Source of the DNA: Geosiphon pyriformis uo1
Lineage: Eukaryota; Fungi; Glomeromycota
Assembly: GCA_016748015.1 (NCBI GenBank)
Contig: JAAOMT010000710.1
Span: forward strand, 1-64,000
Direction: 5' to 3'
Length of the DNA: 64,000 nucleotides
In this document: positions 49,908 to 63,995 of the stretch, one piece after another
How positions within the stretch are numbered: the stretch's first letter is position 1
Layout of the letters: each line of letters begins with the position of its first letter
Made by a program: the position numbers and the translations under genes
The notes under the pieces: model-generated
Told to the model about the DNA's origin: nothing
The model's input: only the letters and a program-made list of their open reading frames with translations
Database searches by the model: none

Positions 49908-51105
49908 ATTTTATCTGTCATTTAGCGAGATTATTAGTTCTCATCCAACTTAACTAAGAATAATAAATTGTCAATTGGTAACTCTCGACCAAAATTTATA
50001 TCAAAGCAAATGATCATCTGCTGGTGGCTTATAAATATAAGCCACTTTATGACTCATTTTAAAGGTGGGAATTTCAATAAAACTTATCATATATATTGTG
50101 AAATAAAACTAATTTTCGATTCTCGCGTCTTCAAATTTTAAAATTGTCTACTTAATATTTATTATCAAGTATAGCATTTTTTATTATATAACACAAATAC
50201 AGCTGTAGATAATATTTTTGTCTTAGAATAGATAAAGATTAAACAAAATTGTACATAGTTTAAACAAAAAGTATAAAGAATATTATTATTATTAACAAGT
50301 AAAAATATCATATTGTGTTAAAGTTTGATTAAAAAACTCTGTACTTTTTTAGGATTGGTTGAGAAAATTTCTGTTTAAATTTACTTCGTAATATAAATAA
50401 AAAATAACCTATTTGTTTTTTAGATTTTTTACACATAAAAATAGAGAAATTAACATGTAATAGTATATAAAAATAATCATTTATTATTTTGGAAATTACC
50501 AAATACCTTTTAATTTGTGTTTTTTTTTACTTGTATTTTTGGCATATTTTTAACAATTTGATATGTTTAAATTGAATTTTAGTTTGTAAATATTAATTAA
50601 AATTTGTAGTTAAGAACTTTTAATAATTGTAAATAACTGTATAAATAAACTGTTTTGGTTTTTTTTTATGTTGTTATTTAATTAATTTAAATTCAAATAA
50701 TATATAGTATATAATTTATGTTATTGTTTTTGTGTTGCAATTTTTTATTATTTATGTTATTGTTTTTAAATAATAATTTTTATTTATTTATGCTATTGTT
50801 TTTAAATAGTAATTTTTTATCTAATGATAAAATCATTTTATTTTTTGTATTTAATAATAAAACTATTATACTAAATTTATTTTTTTATTTAGTTTTTCAA
50901 TAAAATCTGCTTTTTTAACTGGTTAATTTTTTTTATTAATTTATTATTATTGCCCAATAATTTTTTTTTAAAATATTTTAATTTTTAACCAGAGTATTTT
51001 GTTTTTTTATTTAGATTTTTGATTTTTGTAATTTGTTTTTAATTTTAGTTTGTAATAAAACTTTTATATAAATATAAAAAGTTAAAATTTATCTACTTAC
51101 TATTA

Positions 51106-52939
51106 CAGTCAGGAAGATTTTCTGATTTGTTAATAGAAATCATTATTTTTATAATAGTAAAAAAAATTAGAGAAGTTTCTGGAAATGATTATAGAACACT
51201 AAACAAAATTTCTAAAATATTAAAACATTCAATTATTCTTTTTTATAAGTTACTACTGCCATCAGAAAACAATGATAGAACTATTATATCTGATTTGTTG
51301 TTTGCAGATATTATAAAGATTTTAATAATAGTTAACATATGGTACAGTATTGCTGCTCTTAGTGCTTTGGAGACTAGTGGTGTTTCAGAAACTGGTATTG
51401 CTTTAGAGGCTGTTGCTGCAGGTATCAATGAAGTTATTCTGGATCAAACTTTGGCTAACAAGATTACTTTTTCTCCATATTAGGAGAAAGAATTAACAGA
51501 CCTACAAGCGAGAATAATGACTCAATAGAATCCTTCAGGAACAAGTTTGTTAATAGGACATTGCTCAAGCAAATCAACTGGAAACGGAGTTCAAATTTAC
51601 ATTTCCTTAGAAAGAGAAATATGATCAGTAATAAAATTCAGAGCATGAAGATTCCAATATATACCCAATAAATACGTTTTCACACCAACTAAGTAATTTT
51701 TTTGACCTTTTTGTTCATTGTTAAAGGCTAAAAATAAAAATCCTTTGGAAAGCTTTGACTGTTCTATAACCAAACTTTCTAACCAGTTAGTAAACTTTTT
51801 ATAGCAACTGGAATTTATAATATAATTATTAATATCAATAACTATTTTTGATCTTGCTACTGAATATTTAATTGTTGAAGTGGCTAAATTAATAGCAGAA
51901 ACATATTTTAAGTGTCTTGATCTGTATATAGCATCAACTGCTACAGCACACTTAAAAAGCTTTTCTCTTTCATTTTGATATTTATCTTTATTATGAGTAA
52001 GAGTTTCAATAAATTTTACAATGATTGGATTTCGTTTTGCAAGCCATGTTAAAAGACAATACTTTAAAAGACTATTTAAACTAAAATGTTCATGATTTTT
52101 TTTCAAACTTATTATATTATTATACAAATTACTTCATTTCTTTTTGGCAATTTCTGTTATGGATTTAATACAATCTTGTTGATTATTAAATACTTCATCT
52201 AATTGCTTCTTTAATGTTGCATTCTTATATAATAATTGCTGATTGTTATTTTCTAGCTCTGGTATTCATTTTATATAAACTTTATATATTAGATCTGGCA
52301 AAAATACTTGGACTCCAAAATCAGAAAAAGTTTTTTCTAATTCTAACAACTTGTTATCATTAGAAAGTCTTGGTCTTTTTCTTTCTGTTTTTTCTAAATT
52401 TAAAAAAGTTGAATCATTTAATTTAGTAATTCATTTAATAAAAAACTTTTTAACAACAATCTGATTATAATGTTTTTCACATAAAGAGTAATTGTTTAGA
52501 GAGTTAAATAATATAGTTAATTTAGGAAGATACTTAGTTATTTCTATTATTCTTTCTGCTACAACACTAACTGATGCATGTTGTTATCTTTGACTTTCTT
52601 TGATTTCACATTTTACTAATTAACTTTCATTATATTCACTGATAAGAGATTCAAATAAACAGAGTAAGTCTTTGATATTTATTATAAAGCAAAACATAAT
52701 TTTAAATCCAATTTAATAAAAAACTACTATGTAAAGCTGTGTGAATTTTTATGGATTCTGAAACTTTGTGTTTATAAAAATATGTTTCTACTGTTAGTTT
52801 GGATTTTTATTTGAAGTATTTGATTAATAAAGTATTATCAAATTTTCTATGCTAATAATGCTAAACACCAATTAAATTACAAGAATTTTTTGTGAATTAT
52901 TCCAGAATTGATCTACAAAATTTAAAATTTCCCTAACTG
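51106..52939 (-). mobile_element. Internally deleted TIR DNA transposon with CAGT ends
   Basis: Imperfect TIRs CAGTCAGGAAGATTTT and CAGTTAGGGAAATTTT. TATTA on both flanks. Decayed ORF with LCEKHYNQ and FLAFNNEQKGQKNYL fused to the shared 3' end segment. Confidence 0.7.
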
Positions 52940-52944
52940 TATTA

Positions 52945-54290
52945 ATAAATGACTAAAAAACAAAAAATTTATCAATAATAATATTTAAATAAAAAAATAT
53001 CTTTTTAAATATGTATTTTTTATATAAAAATCTTTTGGGTTTTTTTATTGTCTATATATCTTGTAATTTTGTTAGAAAATTTTAAATTTAATGCTTAATT
53101 ATTTTTAAATATATAATTTAAAAATTAATAAAACATTAAATAAATAAAATAAAACAAAGTTATTTTAGTATATATATATTTTTGGTTTATAAAAAAAACA
53201 GTTTTATAAACAGAATTTTTTTTAAAAATATGGTTTAAAAAAATTTTATGTTTTTGATTTTACATATTTATTACAAATCAATTTTATAATAAGAACTTTT
53301 ATTTAAAAATTATAATATTTTCTTTTGTTAAAAAATTTTATAAATATTTTTTTATCATAAAAAAATCTTAGACAATTAAAAAAAACCAAGAAAATTTTGA
53401 AAAAATCAACAAAAAATTGATTAATAAAGCAATAATAATAAACTAAATAATAAAACCAATAATAAATTTAATAATAAACTTAACAAAAAAAAATTAATTT
53501 AATTATTTATATTATATTACCAAAATCTTTAATATTGTACAATTATTTATAAATTATTAAAACAAATTAATAAAAATTAAATATTAATAATTTTTATAAA
53601 AATATAAACAATTATAATTTTTTTGGTTTTTAATAATTTTTATAAATAAATAAGATTAATAAATAAATTTAAAAATATTATTAAAAATCGAATTGAATTT
53701 AATTTACCATTTTAAAAAAATTATTACAAATATTTAAATAAAAAAAACTATAAATTTTAAACCAATTTTAATTCTTAAAAAAATGTAAAATAAAATTTTA
53801 TTATATTTTTAATTTAAGATTAAAGTTTTTTAATTTGAAGTTTTTTAATTTTTTATCTAATTTTTCTATTACTTTTTTATTTATAAATTTATTTTATTAA
53901 TAAATATTAATAATAAATAAGAAATATCCAAAAGTTTAATGTTTTTTTTGCAAAATAAAACTAAAATTAAGAGTTTTTCTTAATTAAAAATTGTTTTAAT
54001 TATAATATAAGCATAATTATATGAATTTATTTTACAATATATAAGAAAAAACAAGAATTATAAAAGATGTTTTTAAAGCAAAAAAATTATAAAATCATTA
54101 ATATTTGTTTTTAGGCAAAAATTAATTTAGAATTTATTTAAAAAATAATAATTAACTTTTAAAAAAAGCATAAAAAACAATTAAATATATTAGAAAAAAT
54201 TAAAACTACTACATTAAGAATTTTTTTAATTAGCTATTAAAAAAATATGGTTTTTATATATTTAATTTAGAAAATAATAAAAAATTATTA
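52945..54290. other. Extremely AT-rich decayed tract (similar tracts at 50150-51100 and 61190-61720)
   Basis: Composition only. Confidence 0.6.
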
Positions 54291-54427
54291 ATTTTTTTTT
54301 ATTAACACATTTAACAAGTATAGCCCAATCACTATCTAGTACATAGAGCCAAACTAAAAGGCTCAAACTAAACATGACTTATGCACTCTCTACATGTGGC
54401 TAGCCACTCAGGCCAAACAAGGCAATA

Positions 54428-57400
54428 CTACACATTTATATTAACCTGCATACTGCCATCCAGACCAGAAAAGAAACAAAATGGCTTCCGATGACCAAAA
54501 TTAACAGCAAAAGAATTGGCCACACCAAGCAATCTTACAATACCATCAAACAAACCCAAAGGCACACCATGAGAGAGTCCAGAAACAACACCACCATCAC
54601 AAACCAGACCAGTCTTCTCCATTACCACCTGGTGGCTGGACCTAATCAACCACACCTTAGCACAATGTAACCCAACAATAAACCTGACATAATTAACAAT
54701 CTGAGCAGCAGCCACCTTACTATCCTCGAAAATACCACAAGCCTCCTCATACCACTCCCTCAGCACAAATCCTTTGCAAATCAAAGTATACAATCCAACA
54801 TCAATAGAACATTGTGACAAAACTTGCAATACGGCAGAAGTAGGGGAACCACCAGCCAAAACTGATCAATGGGCAGAAGCCTCAGCCAAGATCTCTCCAT
54901 GAATGCCAGACTCATGAACACAAGTAAAAGCATGGTCAGAGAACTCCACCTCACTGCACAATAAACACAACACACTAGGGTAGCACTTATCATACAATCT
55001 TTTTCTGACTGCCACTAGCAATTTCCTGTGCACAGCCTTTATAAGATAAGTGCGAAACATTGAGGACTTACAACTAGTGAATCCAGCAAGCATATGAGAA
55101 TCAGGATGCCACACTTTTGCAGTAACAACCCAATCTATGCAACTAATCATTGCATCCAGAACCACATCACAACCAGAACCAGCCTCCCAATAAGCACGAC
55201 AAACGGACTGAAAAATATCTCTAACAAAATGACAGGCATTGCCAGAAACAGCGACACCCTCAGCAACCAAAAAATGTTCACACACATTAGCACAAAGAGA
55301 AAAGGGGGATCCAGAGGCAGTCCCAGCAGCCAAGTCAGCCTCCACATTACCAGAAATTCTAGAGTGGCCCTTCACTTTAACCCAACTCACACTAAGATCT
55401 TTATTCCTGACCAAATTAAAAATATAACGTCTCTCTAGCCAGCATTGATTATGGAAATTGGGGGTGGCCAAAGACATCTCAGATACACACACATCAATAG
55501 TGGCCTGACTGTCAAGATACAACACCACAGTACTTGAAGAAGAAATACACTCCAAGGACAAAGTGACAGTCTGTAATTCAGCTATAGTAGATAACAAAAG
55601 ACCACAAACAGCAACACCAACACTCTTATCCAAGACTGGAAAGTATGCAGCAGCACCACAGATGACTTCAGCAGAGCCTGCATTCTTTAAAGACCCATCT
55701 GTAAAAACTTCAAAAAAGCCAGACCAAATGTTATATAAACCATTTTTCACCACAAAAAATTTTCCAGATCCCAAAATGTCCAAACCAAGCTTCTCCGCAA
55801 AGCTAACAAAATCAGAAAATGAATAACCCTGACCCTTCAAAAATTCAGAAGAAACCATGAACCAATGAGGCACAGAACCATGCAAATCCAATCTCTTCTA
55901 ATTACGAAAAGTTTTCCAACCCAACAAAACACCCTTCTTATCAAAAAGTTGATCACTAAAAGTGACACCAAAGCATTTAAGAGATTTGACCAAATCAAAA
56001 TACAAAGACTTTCCAAGAATAGAGGACAATGGAAAATGACCAGGACTATGAAATGCAGTGGAGAAATTGTTTACCAAAGACAGCTCACTGCCTAAAAAAA
56101 TCTTCACCATTTCAGCCAAAAAATTGTCCACTGAATTAACACACAACCTAACCGGAAACTGCAACAGATCCAAAAGAGCCTAATCAAGAACCTATAGATC
56201 CAAAAACCTATGACTAAACAAATGTCTAAGAACACCAGAGGCATTAAAGAACATTATTAAAGCAGCAACCTTCCCTTCTGACTGCATCTGCTCAAAAGGC
56301 TTCAGGCCATATAATGAAGGATGATGCAAAGCAGCATCAAAAAAATCACAGGGGAGACAAGCCTTAGACCTGAGACCCTTCCTAACCAAGACATCCCACT
56401 TGCGACAAACATTAGGAAGGACAAAACTAAACTGAATATGATAGCTAACAATAGGCTGCAAAACAGCCGAAACCAGATAGGAGAATTGTTTATCTGTAAT
56501 AGCCTTCTTGAGCACAACATTAACAAAGAAATGTACATCCGCATGAGTCTTGGCAACACTCGGCCTTAAGAGCCCCTCAGTTGACAAAAAGATATCCAGA
56601 TACTGATGTGCTTCATCTTTTCTAGCAATAGAAATTGGCTGACCACAAATGCTTAATGAAGCCACTTTAACACCCTGATTGATAGAAATAGCTACCATCT
56701 TTTCACTGTTGATAGAAATATCATTGACCACAAAAAATTCACTGGCAATGTTCAGAGCATATTGAGTGGAAGCCTGACAATTCTCAATCCAGATCATATT
56801 ATCAACAAATACACCAGCCAAAAAATATGATGTCAAACCACCACCACTCTCAATCCTGCTAGTTTTCGAAACAAACTTAGTATCAATCCGGTACTTACAC
56901 AAATGTTCATGCCTCTTAACCTCACACAAAAGTGGATCGTAAAAAATCTTCCATAGAAGTGGTGAAAAGACCTTACTCTGATCCAGCCCATCATGCATCT
57001 TATAACCATCAGTCAAACCAAAGTCAGTCATCACCCTGTTAACTCTATCCTCATGAATACTACCAAAAAACCTTATGAATCTCTCACACATCTTGACATG
57101 CCACAAACTAGTCCTCAAATGATGCCATCCAACTGAATCATAAGCTTTCCACATATCTTGCAAGACCAACCACAACTCTCTATTTTTCTTAAGGGCATCC
57201 TCAACCACTAAACTGACAGCAAACACCAGAGATTGTGTGGACGTACCTTTTAGCACTAAGAAGTTGTCATCTCGAAGAATGTTGAACTTGCTACAAGCCA
57301 TCGAAATATGATCAGACAGAACTTTGGAAAGAATCTTCCTGGCAGTCTCAATCAAAGCAATGGGCCAAGTGTTCATAAGAACCCCATCCCAGTCATAAGG

Positions 57401-59113
57401 CTTAGAAATCATAGACACCCATGCCCTCTTCCACAAAACAGGTACCATACCAACAGACAAACATTTATTGAACAGCGCCAACAGGCACCCCAAAACCACT
57501 TCCTCATCATGCTTCCACAACTTATTAGGAATGCCAGACAAACCAGCGGCCTTGCTATTAGGTAGACCACCAACAACAGAAAGTAGCTCTCCCATACTGA
57601 TTGTACACATAACACCTGAAAAAGCATCATTCTGAACATAGTCTAAAGGCACATACTGACAAGCCCAAAGATCAGGAAGCACTGACTGCACAGAGTATTT
57701 CCTTGTCCACCCCTCCATTATCCTGTTCACGCTTGATTTCACTTCTCCAGGCAGCAACACCAACTCATCATCAACTACCAAATAATCCAACACCACCTTG
57801 TAAAAAGGTCTTTCCAATACACTCTTGATCATACTACCTTTGTCCGAACAGAAATTATCCATATGCTTTTCAATCGTCTTCTTGACAGATGTTTCCTTAG
57901 CCAATCTCAACTCAAACATCTTAGACCTTCTGTAATCTCTGTGAACCAATAACAAATGCCTAACAACAACATCAGATTTAACCCCTGAGTCAACCAAGTC
58001 CTTGAAAGCATGAGCCTTCACAACATTCAGAGTTAAAAATTTACTCACAAGACGATTAGTATCAGACAAGTCACCAGAGCAAAACTTCTTAACAATCTTG
58101 GCCACTAACATTTCCAGACCGAAAAACCTAGAAGAATGTATGTTTCTTGAACACTTGAACTCACTAAACCAATGCCTCGAAAACGTCACATCAGCAGAAT
58201 CTACCACAGCCCCCACCAAGACTGCCCACATAGCATTCACATCACCATGCATTTCTGCACCAGAGAACTCCTCACCCAAAGACAAGAGTTTTGTTGAAGA
58301 GAGATCCTTAAATTTGGCCCATTCAGCACAGTCAACATCCTTGATTTTGAACTTCCAATGGTCTCTATTCACTTGCTTATGCAAACTATTCAATCGAACA
58401 TCCAGAAGTCCACCCAAACCGACTGAAACCGCTACTGCCCTGTGATCAGTGTCAAAAAAATCCAAAACAGAGACCACTTAATGACCAGCTACAGCAGAAG
58501 ACAAATTACCACCAACAAAAATGTAATCAATTGTCTTCCCAACTCCTCTTGAGTTGCTCTACGCATAAAAATCAGCCAAATGATGACTAACAAATGAGTT
58601 GACCAAATCCAGACTCAAACAAAACTTGAAACTAGCACTTTTATCAGATCTATTCTCATTAAAGTCTCCACCCAAGATAACAAAATTGCTGGAGTTGACA
58701 GTCTTTGCAATGAGAGAATTAACTTCAGAAGCCTGACTAAACCTAGTCCCAGATGAGACACCAGCATACAACCCCAAAACAGTAACTAAAAGCTTGTTCT
58801 TAAACAAAAGCCGAACAGAAATAACCTGACCAGGAACTTTTTCTATCTTAGAAACATAACGAGCCAAAAAAGTGTTCATAATAATAGCAACCCCAGCACT
58901 CATAAAACCTTTATCCAATCCTGAAGAAAAAATTCGCACTTCATCAAACTTATCCTTAATCTAAGGCCCAGAAAAGGACTTCAACTTTGTCTCAGTGACA
59001 AAAAAAACCATATTTCTCAAGTCTATATGCCAACGAATAACATCCATTTGCTTCGTAAGAACATTGATATCTCGAACATTGCATGTAGCAAATTTTCAGA
59101 CTAAACAGCTCAT
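54428..59113 (-). pseudogene. LINE D ORF2 (APE, RT, RNase H, Cys motif)
   Basis: TCNVR, VTETK, GGDFNE, TDHRAV, KAAG..GI, DMWKAYDSV, GLDQ, FVDN, FTDGS, KVKGHS..GN..AD, CLLC...DHAFTC. Confidence 0.93.
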
Positions 59114-61059
59114 TGGGATGAAAATGGAAGAGAACAACCCGAATTAGAGCACAAGAGATCCAATCTTGCCAGAACAGCACCAATTGAAGCTTCCAGAACA
59201 GACATCTTAGATTCCAAACCATCCATTTTGGAGATAAGAACCCTAAAGTCACTTGAGCTAAGAACAGCAGTAGATTCACCAGTGCCAGAAGAGGGGAAAA
59301 CAGATAAAGTTGATACATCATCCAAAGCCATATCTGAACCCACAACTGAAGCTGCAAGCACAGAAACAACTGGAGATGCACCATCAAAAAGAGAAGCCAA
59401 CAGCACCAAATTGACAAAACTGAGCTTTTTCAATATACCAGAAATCTGATCTGCCAAAATCTCCAAAGAGCATTCCAATGTTGCCAAACGAACGTCCAAT
59501 TGAAACATGACAAAAGGGTCAGATATCAAAGAAGAAGAAACCAAGCCAGAACGCACACCTGCACCAGAAGAACTAGAGGAAGACACACAAGAGAGAGAAC
59601 CACCAGCAACTTGAGCCCAAGTTTTACCAGTGAAAGACACTGGACGGGAGATAAAAGCCTGCTTCCTCTTATAAATGTCAGCCAAACAAACCCAATCCTG
59701 ATCAGAAACCACTCGCTTCCTGCAAGATCCAGAATTCTCACCTACAGGACAGACACCAGAAACATGACCAAATTGTTTACATGCAGTACAACAGGCCAGA
59801 GAAAGACCAGCCCAATGTAAATTTGCACCCTTGAACACTGAAACTGAACCAATAACCGCCAACTTGGATGCCTTATCACCAAAACAAATTATTGTGCATC
59901 TATTACAAACATAAAAACTAGAATTCCAGCCAATTAAACAAGTCTTCCCACCGTACAATTCCAACAAGTCTGACAAATCATGAGCAGTAATCTCAGTTGG
60001 TAAAGTATAGAGCAAAGCCTTATGTTGATTCCTAGATACCCATGTTTGTTTATTATTGATTGCTTTGGCCACACGAACAGAATTTTTTTCCACCAATACA
60101 GACCATTGAGCTGTGACCAAATCAGCCATTTCTGATGATTCATATTCCACCAAGGCCTTCTGCCAAAGACCAATAAGTTGTAACCTAACAGACACAATCT
60201 TACCAAATTTGAAAAATACTGCCTCAATTGCTGATTTGAAAAGATCCACCGGAATCTTCTTGACAATCACTTCCTGATTCAAATGGCTATTCATCTTTCT
60301 TACATTATCATTGACAAAAATTTTTTCACTAATCGCCATTTCCCTAGTCTTTTTCAAACTTAATTCAAAAGTAAAAGATGATCTTATTATGCCTGAAAAC
60401 TTTGAAGGAGTCGATGCCTCTCCAAAACCATTAATTTGATAAAAAATCTTTTTTACTGCAATCAACTTATCACTGTTGGTTTTTCCAGGCACAGCAGACA
60501 GTTCTATATCTAGGGTGAAAGATTTGACTGGCTTAAAACTGTGTGTATCTGCTGCACATAATTTAATCAATGACACAGAGCTGGCAAACTTAGGAAAAGG
60601 AAGCATCAAAATGTCATTATCATCACTCATGTTATCAAATGTCAGAACCTTTGGTGGGTGCCCCAACACGTACGTCCGAGTACGGGTTTTTCTAGGTGTT
60701 GTTTTGTCCTCATTTTTACTGTATTCAGAAGTGACCAAATTCACATAACTGGTCTCTTCAGTGACCATATTTTCTATGTTCTCCATGTCAGAAAGATCAC
60801 TAATACTGCTAGCTATACTACCTACCTTGCTGCTCCAAGACACCATATGTTCTGGTCCAGAGTCCCCTATATTCAACAAATTCAATGGTCCAGCAAACAA
60901 GTCCACCACACCTCCACTTGTTTCAGGTTTTTTTGGTTTTTTAAACAACACATCACGAGAGTAGACACTATCCACTCACTTCTTTTTGGTGTTTGGACAG
61001 GTCCCCAAACCAGTCGAGCCAGAGCCAAAACCACCAGCAGATGAGCTCACTGGTTCTAT
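59110..61059 (-). pseudogene. LINE D ORF1 (RRM-like domains, CCHC knuckle, coiled coil)
   Basis: 621-aa open segment with CTACKQFGHVSGVC. Likely start mutated to ATA at 61059. Confidence 0.88.
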
Positions 61060-61729
61060 CGCAATAAATAAAGGGTCATTCAAAGAAATAGTTATAGGAA
61101 ACAAAGGGAGATAGGAAAAGGGAAAACTATAACTTCAATAAATCTTTTACTCTCGTCATGGCCAGAGGATCGACAAGAGAAAAAATTTTCAATTTTTTAA
61201 AATTATTAAAAATTCATAAAAATAATAATATTAATTGGAAATAATATTATCTAAATATTAAATTAATATGTTTTAATAAAATATTTTATTATAATATTTT
61301 ATTTTATTTAAACAAATTATAATAAAAATAATTTTTTTATAAGATAATAAAAAATAATATAATCAAAACTAATTACTTATAACAAATTAAATATATATAT
61401 AAAAATAGAAAAAAAATTTAAAACAAAAAAAACTTATTATTTATAATAAAACTATAGTAAAAAGTTGATTTAATATAAAGCTAAAAAAATTATATATATA
61501 GCTAAATTATTTAAAATTTATGTATTATATTAATATTATTTTAATTACATTAATTATTTATGTATATTAAATTAATTTATTTATTTTAAGCTTACTTAAC
61601 ATATTATTTTTTCAAAAATTAATAATTTGGATAATTAAATTTAAATAATTAAATTTAAAATTTAATTGTTTATTAATGATACTAATTATAATTATAATTA
61701 ATATAATAAAAACTTTTTGTCTTCTTAAT

Positions 61730-63995
61730 TTTATAATCATAATTAAAATAAAGAATAAAAAAGCTGTACTTGATATCTTTTCTAAGATATTTAATAAAAT
61801 TTTAACCAAAAAAGCTTTCTCTGTTGTAGAAACTACTAAACAGAATATCTTAAAAGCTTTTCTCTTAAATATTTATAGTAAAAAGCTGCTTTTAATGATT
61901 TCTAAAGCATTTTTTTTATCTTTGGCTGGTTTTTCACCAGTCAAAGTTCTTTTAAAGAACACACATGGATTAATTTTAGTATTGTTTTTACTTTTTTAAA
62001 AAGCCCAAAAGTTTTTAATAACAGATTAGTTAATAAGCTAATCTTTTCTTTTATAGTTTTTACATCAGATGCTGTTAGTACTTTTTTTCTGAAAAAAATG
62101 ATCAAAAAAACCAAAAATTCAGAAAAGTAAGGACAATTGTTTACTTTTGCTATTGTTATATTGAACTTTTTTGTGATTTTTAATAAGATCTTAAATAAAA
62201 TTTTTGTTGTTTTATTCAGTATATTGTCTAAAATAGGCCAAGATCAACCATTGACTATATTACCAAATGTAATGTTATTCAATAAATTTTTGTTAGTTAT
62301 AGAAGCAAAACAACTATTTCTTGTAGAGTTATCTGTTCTTAAAAGCTGGACTAATCAAATAAAAACTAAATCATTTTCTCTGCTGGTTTCTAATACTGTT
62401 GTTAATGGTGCTTAAGAAACTATTATTAATTGTTAAAGATTTGCTGAATAAGTGGCCTTCAATTTGGTGTTTGATGCTATTTTTAAAATTAAATTGGCTC
62501 ATGTTAAGACTGTTTTTCAGTTTATATATGGTTTTTTAAATACAAAATCAATATTAAAGAACAATATAAAGCTTTTTTGTATGAAATTTGTTTATTAAAA
62601 GTCTTTAAAAGCTGTCTTTTTGGTTGAATTTACAAGCTTTGTTTATTTAGCCACTCTTAAAATTGTCAAGTCTTTAGTAATTTCTGAGTTTGGTTCCTTT
62701 TTTGTTGCTGTTATACTGTATGATATACTTTTAAGTATATTTGTTGTTAACATTAAAACAGCTTTTAGTGTGTTTGATAAAATTACTTGGATTGTACAAA
62801 AGCCTGCTGGTATTTGGTAATATGTGGTAATTTATTTTGAAAAACTGAACTCTGTTATATCTGCTTTAAATCATTGATTGGTTTTGGTAGGTAAAGATAG
62901 TATTAAGATTCTTTTTTTGGTAAATTAAAATAAGACTATTCTGTTTCATAATAAATTTAAAGCCAAATTGGTTAATTTTTTTTTAATTGTATTATATTTA
63001 AAATCAGTAATATGATCTCTTAAGTTGGTAGTCAAATGTGTTTCATTCTTTATTTTTCTGATTCTGGTTATTATTTCTGGTTTGTTTTGGTTATATTTAA
63101 ATTTCAGATTAATTTGAATGCTGCTATTGTTAAGATTAATACACTAAAAAAGTATTATATTTGGTAGAAAACTCTTGATTGTTAATACTGTTTTAGGTGT
63201 CAAGAAATAAGCTATCTGGTTATAGACTATAAGGTTTTTTTACTTTTTTCTTCTAAGACTTTTAAGATATTTGCTCTATGTTTTGTAAATATAAAGTTTT
63301 ATGTTAAGGTGGCTGTTCCTTTAAGCTTTTTTGAGTTCTTTCTATTGGTAACTTCTGCTTTTTTTTCTAAGGTTGAAGATAATCTTTTAATTTTGTCTTG
63401 GTTGGTGTTTTTGGAATCTGATTTGGCCAAGTTGTTTACTTTAGTTAGATTTATTATTAATCTTGTTGACATATTGGTAACTATTTTTAAACAATTTGTT
63501 AAAAGTAATTTTGTGATAAACAGCAAGCTTAAAAACAAAAATAAATAAGCTTATAGTGTATTTGAATGCTTTTAGCAAATCTGTTAATAAGTTGGAAAAA
63601 AAAGTAGTGGCTTTAAAAACAAAGTGTAACATAAAAGATATTAATATGTTTAGTAATTATGGAATTTTAATTGAAGTAAATAAAAAAATGTTTGGCAAGT
63701 TAATAGTACTTTGAAAATTTGAATCTCTTAAAGTTAAGTCTTGTTTCATAAAAACAGCCAAATAACTTATTGAATTGGTTCCTAGTAGTCTTACTTTGTT
63801 TAATATTGTTCAAAAAATGTCTATTTTAAACAAATTTTCTTGTAAGATAACAGTATAGTATAGTCCAAACTGGCTTGAATAACTGATTATATGTAGAAAG
63901 TATATAAACTATACTTAGTTTAGAATACTTAGTTTTTTCTAAAGTACTAGATAATAGTTGGATTATATTTATTAAACTTTAATAATAATAAAAAT
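61730..63995 (+). mobile_element. Heavily decayed ORF1-only non-LTR element ending in the LINE 3' tail
   Basis: ORF1-like KPAGIW*YVVI, VLVGKDSIKI and CFRCQEISYLVID knuckle remnant, followed at about 63860 by the family 3' UTR and A-rich tail. No ORF2. Confidence 0.65.

Larger units (their letters stand above)
54292..61181 (-). mobile_element. Full-length LINE D with RNase H, the best-preserved copy
   Basis: Poly(A) at 54292-54300, 3' UTR, ORF2, ORF1 and a short 5' UTR. Confidence 0.95.

Noticed and set aside
51597-52127. 176-aa ORF as a real gene
   Set aside because: Chimeric: a transposase fragment reading across a deletion junction at about 51690 into the element's 3' end.
55094-61044. 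Many plus-strand ORFs over LINE D, and similar antisense ORFs over the LTR elements
   Set aside because: Shadow frames of TE coding sequence with no independent motifs.
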